Origin: an uncultured Chloroflexia bacterium | Lineage (GTDB): Bacteria; Chloroflexota; Limnocylindria; Limnocylindrales; CSP1-4 | Direction of reading: 5' to 3' | DNA length: 64,000 nucleotides | Assembly: GCA_963835845.1 (NCBI GenBank) | Contig: CAWIGT010000009.1 | Coordinates: 65,808-129,807 of the forward strand | Shown: positions 51,307 through 58,535 of the stretch, piece by piece | Position numbering within the stretch: the first letter of the stretch is position 1 | How the letters are laid out: each line of letters starts with the position of its first letter | Translations under genes and position numbers: made by a program | The notes under the pieces: model-generated | What the model was told of the DNA's origin: nothing | The model's database searches: none | Seen by the model: only the letters and a program-made list of their open reading frames with translations

Positions 51307-54300
51307 GGACCGGGTGTGAAGCTGACGTTGTCGAAGGTCGCCGTGCCCAGCTTGGTCGTGCTGTGGGAACACTCGAACAGGCCGACGGTAGCCGCCGCCG
51401 TAATGGTGCCCAGCGATTTGTTCGACAGGACCGCCGTCCAGGTCGACCCGTCCGACGACAGGTAGGCACTGAATGAACTCCCCGATCGGACCAGCTTCAT
51501 CCAGACGTTGGGATAGGAATAGGTGCTGGTCTTGACCGACCCGCTGAAGTTGTACTGGACCTTGACGAGCCCGGACGGCGCCGCCGCGATGAGGATGTAC
51601 GGGGAGCCGGCCGTCGTCGAGGCCTTCCAGATGATCCCGGCCTTGGCGTTCGAGCTGGTGTTGGTCATCGACGTCACACGGGCGATGAGGGTGCCGTTGC
51701 CGGTCGAAGGCTGGTACACGTAGTTGAACTGGTCGGACGAGCCGAATATGTCCGCGCCCGAACCAGCGACGGTGAAGACGCCGGCCGAATACGTCGCGGA
51801 ACCCGCGATGGGCGGGGCGCCGACGTCGGCGTCGACCCAGGGGGACGGCAGCGTTTGCGACGCCGGGGTCACGATCAGGGTCACCGTGGTGCCATGGGTC
51901 GCCGAAGGAGCCGTGCCGGTCACCGCTACGGAGTAGGTTCCGGCCGCGACGCCGGCGCCGACGTTGATCGTCAGCGTCGACGAGGCTCCCGCGGTTATCG
52001 AGGTCGGGTTGACGGTGGCGGAGGCGCCTGCCGGCGCCCCTGCGGCGGTCAGGGACACGGTCTCGGCCGAGCCCGAAACCAGAGTCGTGGCAATACTCGA
52101 CGAGCCAGACCCGCCGGCGACCACAGTGACGCTGGCCGGAGATGGCGCGATCGAGAAGTCGTTGGGCGGAGGCGGCGCAGTGCCGCCGATCGAGACACTG
52201 TCGAAGCTCGCCGTCCCGAGCCTGGAGGCGCTGTGGGACGTGGCCGCGAGACCCGCCAGAACGCCGGCCGGCATTGCGAAGGTCACGGTGGAACCGGGGA
52301 CCGCCGTCCAGCTCGTTCCGTCGGGTGATGTGTATGCCGTGAAGGTATTCCCGCTGCGCGACACCTCGAGGTACACGGGCGTGGCGCCGGCGGTGGTCTT
52401 CTGGGTCGTGCCGCCGGCCTGGGTCTTGCGCCACTGAACCGCCACGCCGTTGGCGGGCGTGACGAACGCGGCGTAGTAGGGAGAGCCGGGATCGGTGGTG
52501 GCGCGGAGCATGACGCCGGCCTTGGCCCAGGAACTCGTGTTGGCCTGAGTGGCCGCGCGGGCCCTGAGGACCGTATCGCCGCTCAACGGCTGATAGACGA
52601 AGTGGAACTGATCCGACGCGGCGTAGATGTCCGAGCCGGCGGCTTTCACGGTGAATACGCCGCCGTTCGAACTGGCCGAGCCGGCAATGGCGGGCGCGCC
52701 TACGTCGGCGTCGAGCCAGGGTGCGGTCAGGCTCTGGAAGGCGACCGTATCGAAGGTGGCCGTGCTCAGAACGCCCCAGTTGTGGGACGTCACCGCGAGC
52801 CCGGCCAGCACCGGGCCGGTGAGCCCGAGGTCGACCGTCGAACCGGGAACGGCCGTCCAGGCCAGGCCGTCGGCGGAGGTGTAGGCGGTGTAGGAGCCAC
52901 CGGACCGAGCCACTCGCAGGAACACCGGCGGCGCGCCGCCGGTCACAACCTGCGACGAAGCACCGCCCTGAGCGGCCCGCCACTGAACGGCGACGCCGTT
53001 GCCGGGCGTCAAGAACGCCGCGTAGTAGGGCGAACCGGGGTCGGTCGTGGCGCGGATCATCGGACCGGCCTTGGCCCAAGCCGACGTGTTCGACTGGGCG
53101 ACCGCACGGACGCTCAGACCGCCGTCGGTTGTGAGCGGTTGCCAGGCATAGTGGAAGTTGTCGGCGACGTCCCAGATGTCCCCTCCCCCGCCCTGGACGC
53201 TCCAGGTTCCCGCGGTCAGGGACTGGCCGCCGGCGATCCCGACATTGCCGATGTCGGCGCAGGTCCAGGCGGTCGGGCAGGCGCCCGGAGGCGGTGGCGC
53301 GGAGTTGGTCCAGGTCGGCGTGTCGAACGTGGCGGCACCCATCTGGCCGCCGTTGTGGGAGGTCACGGCCAAACCGGCCAGCAGACTGCCGCTCATCGTG
53401 AGGGTGACGCTGGCGCCGGGTATGGCCGTCCACGTCACGCCGTCGGCGCTCGTGTAGGCGGTGAACGTCGAGCCAGCGCGGGCCACTTCCAGCCAGGCGG
53501 GCACGGTGCCGGCGGCCAGGACCTGCGAGGAGGCGCCGGCCTGGGTCGAGCGCCACTGGACGGCGACGCCGTTGCCGGGTGTCACGAACTCGGCGAAATA
53601 CGGCGAGCCCGGATCCGAGGTCGCCCGTATCATCACGCCGGCCTTGGCCCAGACGCTCGTGTTCGCCTGAGAATCGACGCGGACGCTGATCGAGCCGTCG
53701 GCGGCGAGCGGCTGGCTGAGCAGGCGGAAGGCATCGAAGGTGCCCCAGATGTCCGAGCCGCCGGCCGAGACGGACAGGCTCGACCCGACGCTGTATTGCG
53801 AGCCCGCTGCCGGGGTCGGAAAGCCTATGTCCTGGCATGTCCAGCCGGACGGGCACAGCGACGGCGGCGGAGATGCGCTGCCGGCAAGCGAGACAGAGTC
53901 GAAGCTGTCGCTGGCACTGCCGGTCCCGGCCGAGTTGACGGCCAATCCGGCGACCATCGGACCGGCGGCGCCGAAGGTGACGCTGGAGCCGACGATCGCG
54001 CTCCAGGTGACGCCGTCTGTGGAGCCGAAGGCCGTGTACGTGTTTCCGTAGCGGGTGATCTGCAAGTAGGCGGGAGCCGTTCCGGAGCTCGTGGCCGCGA
54101 TCGACGTCCGAAGGCCGGCCGCCGTCCGATAGACGATCTGGATGCCGTTGGACGGCGTCACGAAGGCGCCGTAGGAAGCGGCGCCACTCGTCGTGTCCGT
54201 CCGGAAGACCAGCCCGGCCTGGGCGCCGCCAGCTCCTGCCACTGAGGCGACATGCGCGGAAAGGGTGGCATCTCCTGCGATCGGCTGGCTGACGAGATGG

Positions 54301-56423
54301 AACTGATCGCCGTAGGCATTTGCGCCCGACGACGCGCCGGAGCCGGAGATGACCCAGCTCGAACCTGAGATGGTCTGGTTACCGACGGTGGCCGGATTGC
54401 CCACGTCGGTGCACGACCAGCTCGAAGGGCACGGCGAGGCCGGCGCCGGAGGGACGGCCACGGGGCCGGCTCCGGAGATGGAAAGCGAGTCCAGCGAAGT
54501 GTTCGACGCCGTCCCGGCCACGCCCGAAGTCGCGTACGGCCCGACTGCCAGCAGCGTCGGCATGTCCACCGTCGCGGTGGAGCCCGGAACGAGCGTGTAG
54601 GTCGCGCCGTCGGTCGAGGTGGCGGCGCTGAACAAATCGCCGCCGCGTATAATCTCCACATATCGCGGCTGCCCGACCAGGGCAAGATTGACCGACTTGA
54701 CCGGTCCCCCGAACCCCGTCCGGTAGGACACAGCGACGTTGCCGCCGACGGCGACGCCGACGGCATAGAAGGGCGAGCCCGGATCGGCGGCCTGACGAGC
54801 CATCAAACCCGCCTGAGCGCTCGAGCCGCCCGACTCCGAGACGACCCGGACGGTGGCCCCGAAATCGCCGCTTGCCTGCTCGCTCATGAAGCGGAGCTGG
54901 TCGGCGGTGGCACCGATGCCCGCGCCTCCGGCGCTGATGGTCCAGCTGCCCGAGGCGACCGCCTCGGAGCCCTGGGGGGCGGCACTACCGATGTCGGCGC
55001 AGACAAATCCCGCCGGACAGCCCGGATCGGCCGGCGGTGTCGTGGCTACGACCGGGCTGAAGGCGTACTCGTTGCCGTCGCCCGAGCCGATGTAGACCAC
55101 TCCGTCCGAGATCGAGGGCGGCGCGTAGATGACCGCGCCTGTGGCATAGCTGAAGAGCCGCGCGCCATCGGTGGCATCGAGGACCTCGAGCCTGGGCCCG
55201 GAGCCGGCCAGGACCATGCCGTTGTCGTAGGCCAGGGCCGGAATGATGGGACCGGCCTCACCGTGGGCCCAGATGACTGCGCCCGTGGCCGGGTCGATGG
55301 CCCGGACCGCGCCCGGATAGCCCATCCCGCCGATGGTGGTGTTGCCGCCCCCGACGAAGAGCGTTCCCGCGGCATAGGCCATCGAGGCTACGCTGGCGTC
55401 GCCACAGGTGGGGCAGATGCCCCCGATGGCGATCTGGTCGGACCAGAGTGGCCCGGCGGCGAGGTTGGTTCGGTCGAAGGCGTAGAGAAAGCCGTTCTTG
55501 TCAATCGCGGCCACCATGGCCCGACCGCCCGCCGAGAACAGGACCGGCGAGGTGCCCCAGTCGGAGTCGGCGTTGGCGGCGCTGCGGGGTATCTGCCAGA
55601 AGCTCTTGATGGCCAGGCTCGTGGCATCGAGCGCCACGACGGCCTCGCTCGTGGTCTGGGTGACCTGGTTGAGGGTGCCGGTGGTGACGTAGACGGTGTT
55701 GGTGGCGGTATCGATCGCCGGCGTGGTCCAGACCCCGCCCCCTACCTGGCCTGTGGGCACGAAGTTGACCGAGGCCACGACCGCGTGGCTGGTCAGGTCG
55801 ACCCGCAGCAGCTGGCCCTGGACGAGCGGACAGTCGCCCAGGCTGGCGATGCCGATGTAGGCCGAGTTGCCCACGATGAGCGGGCTGCTCCAGTTGTAGT
55901 GGCCGCCGGCGGCGCTGTTGTCGCCGGTGGGCACGCTCCAGAGGACGGCGCCCGTGGCCGCGTTCAGGGCGTACCAGTTGGAGTCGCCGCCGCCGAGGTA
56001 GACCACCCCGCCCACCACCGCCGGCGCCGATGAGACGCCCAGAGACGGAGGCGAGCAGGCCGGGGCGGTGGTGATGCCAAGGAAGGTCTTCCAGATCAGC
56101 GCACCTGTCGTGGCGTTCAGAGCGTATTCGTAACCGTCCCAGGAACCCACGTAGGCCACGCCTCCCACGACCGTGGCGGAGGCGGCGATTACTCCGCCCG
56201 TCTTGAACGTCCAGAGAGGTCGCAATGATGCTGCCGCGCCGGGCGCCAGGATCGTCTCGGTGCTGGCCGCCGATAGCGAGCCGTCGTGCAGGTACATCGG
56301 CCAGTCGCTCGCCGGGCCGGCAGCCGCCACCGGGGCAGCTGGCATGATCGTCCCCGGCGTGAGCAGACCGGCCAGCACGACCAGCACCGTCACGAGCCGA
56401 GATCTGGAGCCGGGGCGCGTCAT
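51303..56423 (-). CDS. Giant secreted protein: PQQ-like beta-propeller + 5 tandem ConA/LamG-like modules + Ig-like domain + terminal module
   Basis: Intact ORF (track 51303..56498). The likely start is ATG 56423 (MTRPGSRSRLVTVLVVLAGLL).
- Propeller at aa 61-482: WPMYLHD, repeated GGVxYxGS..YALNA.TGA..W.
- Modules at nt 54471-55019, 53880-54431, 53310-53855, 52737-53279 and 52188-52727.
- Ig-like domain at 51867-52163.
- Terminal module at 51306-51848. Confidence 0.85.
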   Translation of the reverse strand: MTRPGSRSRLVTVLVVLAGLLTPGTIMPAAPVAAAGPASDWPMYLHDGSLSAASTETILAPGAAASLRPLWTFKTGGVIAASATVVGGVAYVGSWDGYEYALNATTGALIWKTFLGITTAPACSPPSLGVSSAPAVVGGVVYLGGGDSNWYALNAATGAVLWSVPTGDNSAAGGHYNWSSPLIVGNSAYIGIASLGDCPLVQGQLLRVDLTSHAVVASVNFVPTGQVGGGVWTTPAIDTATNTVYVTTGTLNQVTQTTSEAVVALDATSLAIKSFWQIPRSAANADSDWGTSPVLFSAGGRAMVAAIDKNGFLYAFDRTNLAAGPLWSDQIAIGGICPTCGDASVASMAYAAGTLFVGGGNTTIGGMGYPGAVRAIDPATGAVIWAHGEAGPIIPALAYDNGMVLAGSGPRLEVLDATDGARLFSYATGAVIYAPPSISDGVVYIGSGDGNEYAFSPVVATTPPADPGCPAGFVCADIGSAAPQGSEAVASGSWTISAGGAGIGATADQLRFMSEQASGDFGATVRVVSESGGSSAQAGLMARQAADPGSPFYAVGVAVGGNVAVSYRTGFGGPVKSVNLALVGQPRYVEIIRGGDLFSAATSTDGATYTLVPGSTATVDMPTLLAVGPYATSGVAGTASNTSLDSLSISGAGPVAVPPAPASPCPSSWSCTDVGNPATVGNQTISGSSWVISGSGASSGANAYGDQFHLVSQPIAGDATLSAHVASVAGAGGAQAGLVFRTDTTSGAASYGAFVTPSNGIQIVYRTAAGLRTSIAATSSGTAPAYLQITRYGNTYTAFGSTDGVTWSAIVGSSVTFGAAGPMVAGLAVNSAGTGSASDSFDSVSLAGSASPPPSLCPSGWTCQDIGFPTPAAGSQYSVGSSLSVSAGGSDIWGTFDAFRLLSQPLAADGSISVRVDSQANTSVWAKAGVMIRATSDPGSPYFAEFVTPGNGVAVQWRSTQAGASSQVLAAGTVPAWLEVARAGSTFTAYTSADGVTWTAIPGASVTLTMSGSLLAGLAVTSHNGGQMGAATFDTPTWTNSAPPPPGACPTAWTCADIGNVGIAGGQSLTAGTWSVQGGGGDIWDVADNFHYAWQPLTTDGGLSVRAVAQSNTSAWAKAGPMIRATTDPGSPYYAAFLTPGNGVAVQWRAAQGGASSQVVTGGAPPVFLRVARSGGSYTAYTSADGLAWTAVPGSTVDLGLTGPVLAGLAVTSHNWGVLSTATFDTVAFQSLTAPWLDADVGAPAIAGSASSNGGVFTVKAAGSDIYAASDQFHFVYQPLSGDTVLRARAATQANTSSWAKAGVMLRATTDPGSPYYAAFVTPANGVAVQWRKTQAGGTTQKTTAGATPVYLEVSRSGNTFTAYTSPDGTSWTAVPGSTVTFAMPAGVLAGLAATSHSASRLGTASFDSVSIGGTAPPPPNDFSIAPSPASVTVVAGGSGSSSIATTLVSGSAETVSLTAAGAPAGASATVNPTSITAGASSTLTINVGAGVAAGTYSVAVTGTAPSATHGTTVTLIVTPASQTLPSPWVDADVGAPPIAGSATYSAGVFTVAGSGADIFGSSDQFNYVYQPSTGNGTLIARVTSMTNTSSNAKAGIIWKASTTAGSPYILIAAAPSGLVKVQYNFSGSVKTSTYSYPNVWMKLVRSGSSFSAYLSSDGSTWTAVLSNKSLGTITAAATVGLFECSHSTTKLGTATFDNVSFTPGP
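51306..55019 (-). repeat. Array of six ~180-aa ConA/LamG-like (DUF1349-like) module repeats within the giant gene
   Basis: The pattern recurs six times: (C-P-x2-W-x-C or P-W-[LV]-D)-x-D-[IV]-G ... G-x-G-x-D-I-[WFY] ... D-x-F-[HNR]-x-[VA]-x-Q-P ... [WN]-A-K-A-G-[VIP]-[MI] ... T-S-H ... F-D. The first four copies begin with a Cys pair. Confidence 0.8.
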
Positions 56424-56494
56424 TGGTCGACCCTCCGGGTGATTGCTCGTAGATGGCCGCGGCAGTCGGGCGCCGCGGAAATGCCCCCGCCGCA

Positions 56495-58252
56495 TCAAGT
56501 GAGAACCCGGTAAAGGCGCCAGTTGTTGCCGCCCGCCGAGAAGCTGCGAACGTACTGGCCGACACCGGCGCCGTTGTCGTAGATGCCCGGATAGGCCCGG
56601 TTGATGGCGTCCAGGCTCTGATAGCCGACCGCCTCCGGAACGAGCATGTACTGCACGCCAAACGACACCGGGTCGGATAAGGCGGCCTGGAAGTCCCTGT
56701 CGGGAGTGGTTATGAATTGAGTCGGGTTCGACGACTCGAGGATGATGGGAAAGCCCATCGCGCCGTCGACCAGGACCGCTCCGTTGCCGAGGTGCAGGCC
56801 GTCCAGATAGGTCGCGGCCTGATGCCCGACCTCGTACTGGCCGAACGGGGTGATCTGGCCGATCGCCTCGGCCGGGAAGAGCAGTGGCCGCAGCTGGAAC
56901 GCCTCGCCGCCGTAACCCGGGTTCTGACCCGGGTCCAGCATGGTCAAGCCGCCGACGGGCACCGCAATGGCCACGAGCATTACTGCGGCCGGCCCCATCG
57001 CCATGCCGGCGAGACGGCCCACCCGGTACCTCGAGGCGGCCGGCCGTGGCCGGGAGTCAGGTTCGGGATCGGTCCCGCGCACCGCAGGCCTGGGGGCGAG
57101 GACGGCGATAGCCAGCACCGACGCCATCGGAATCTCGGTGATCGAGTAGCGCAGCCAGCCCAGCGTGCGGCCGGTCAGGAACCCGAAGACGGAGAAGGCA
57201 ACCACGCCTCCGAGCAGGGCCACCGCGGGCATGGTCAGGCCGATCCGGCCGCGAACAGTAGCGACGAGAGCGAGCAAGCCCAGCGGCAAGATCCCGGGCT
57301 CGAGCCCGATCAGCTGCCGGACGCTCCAGGCGTACGCTGCGGGAGTCCCCTGACCCGTTGTCTGGGCCACGCTCGACTGGGCGACGGCGAGCTGAGAGAC
57401 CACGCCGTAGATCGAGCTGAACTGCTGGAAGGGATCCCGAACGATCAGCCAGCTCGCCACGGCCCACGCCACGAACGCGCAGACAAACGGGACGGCGAGA
57501 ACGGTGGCGTCGGCAAGACCTTCGCCGAGGCGCTCGCGGATGTCACCCGAGCGACTCTTAGCCGAAAGGATTACGACGGCGCCGGTTGCCCCGAGGGCGG
57601 CCACGACCGCCTCGTAGCGGGTCATGTAGGACACGGCGAGGGCCAGACCGGCAATGACCAGGGACGTCGTCTGGCCGTCGCGCGACCAGCGTCCCAGGTA
57701 CCGGACGGTCACGAGGAGCGTGAGGATGAACATCGCCTCGCTCATCCCGTTCGCGCCGTAGTACAGGATCATCGGATCCAGGGCAAACAGGATCGTGACG
57801 AGCAGCCGGGCCGACCGGCGCAGACCCCAGTCGGAGGCTATTCCCTGAACCTGCCAGACCGAGGCCGCCATACACGCCGCGGACACGATGCTGGCGGCGA
57901 AACCAGTGGCCACCAAGTCCGGCCAGAGGGCCTTGAGCGGCAGCAGCGGCATCACCGCGATCGACGGCAGTGGATTCCAGACGAAGCCGATCGCCGCCAG
58001 GTGCGGGTCGCGGCTAAAGAAGACGTAGTAGGCGTTGCCGACGCGGCTCCAGGCGTCGCCGATGATGCTGTGGGATCGGACGACGATTGCGAACCCGGCC
58101 GCCATGTATGCAATCCAGGCCAGGCCGGGCACGACGAAAAATTCGGCACTGCTTTCTCGCAGGTAGACGCCCAGCCTGGCGACGCCGGCGACGAGCCGCG
58201 ACCCTGCAAGTCCGGGCAGGGCGGGCAGGGGCCGAAGACCCGTCGCGCTCAC
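56495..58252 (-). CDS. GT-C fold membrane glycosyltransferase (GT39/GT83-like, PMT/ArnT type)
   Basis: About 11 hydrophobic segments over the first 400 aa, then a soluble C-terminal domain. The N-terminal loop SIIGDAWSRVGNAYYVFFSRDPHLAAIGFVWNPLP resembles the first extracytoplasmic loop of the GT-C fold. The family assignment is by architecture, not a verified motif. Confidence 0.6.
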   Translation of the reverse strand: MSATGLRPLPALPGLAGSRLVAGVARLGVYLRESSAEFFVVPGLAWIAYMAAGFAIVVRSHSIIGDAWSRVGNAYYVFFSRDPHLAAIGFVWNPLPSIAVMPLLPLKALWPDLVATGFAASIVSAACMAASVWQVQGIASDWGLRRSARLLVTILFALDPMILYYGANGMSEAMFILTLLVTVRYLGRWSRDGQTTSLVIAGLALAVSYMTRYEAVVAALGATGAVVILSAKSRSGDIRERLGEGLADATVLAVPFVCAFVAWAVASWLIVRDPFQQFSSIYGVVSQLAVAQSSVAQTTGQGTPAAYAWSVRQLIGLEPGILPLGLLALVATVRGRIGLTMPAVALLGGVVAFSVFGFLTGRTLGWLRYSITEIPMASVLAIAVLAPRPAVRGTDPEPDSRPRPAASRYRVGRLAGMAMGPAAVMLVAIAVPVGGLTMLDPGQNPGYGGEAFQLRPLLFPAEAIGQITPFGQYEVGHQAATYLDGLHLGNGAVLVDGAMGFPIILESSNPTQFITTPDRDFQAALSDPVSFGVQYMLVPEAVGYQSLDAINRAYPGIYDNGAGVGQYVRSFSAGGNNWRLYRVLT

Positions 58253-58535
58253 GACAGGCTCGCTTCAAGCGGGGTGAATACCAGAGACGGGTCTACAAGG
58301 ATGAGGTCGCGTGGCAAGGAAATCCCCGATCGTATTCGGCCGGCGCGCAGCGACGGCGGGGGCGACCGGGATCTCTTGGGGCAGCAATGAGAACCCGAGT
58401 TGGCGTCGACAGGATCGACGGCGACGGCACGGACGGTCAATCCGCGGGTCGAGAGGTGAGACAGGGATCGTGGGACACGGCATCGCCGGTGCCCGCCGGA
58501 CGCCGGCGGCGGCGACTATTACGTGCCCTGGGTGC

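Noticed and set aside
43833-51848. The three near-identical 3' cassettes as template/variable repeats of a diversity-generating retroelement.
   Set aside because: There is no reverse transcriptase or accessory gene in the window. The differences between copies include all substitution types rather than adenine-specific changes, and the copies are full coding modules in frame.
50047-53856. 1269-aa minus-strand ORF that would be a second giant protein.
   Set aside because: Only the last 419 codons, from ATG 51306, look like protein (GH5-like lipoprotein). Upstream it is an out-of-frame, Arg/Gly-rich overlap with the intact 1731-aa ORF.
43830-56423. The giant secreted proteins as additional exosortase substrates.
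   Set aside because: All three end in ..FDNV[SI]F[ST]PGP-stop, with no hydrophobic helix or basic cluster. Only the 164-aa protein (43147..43641) has the motif-TM-Arg tail.
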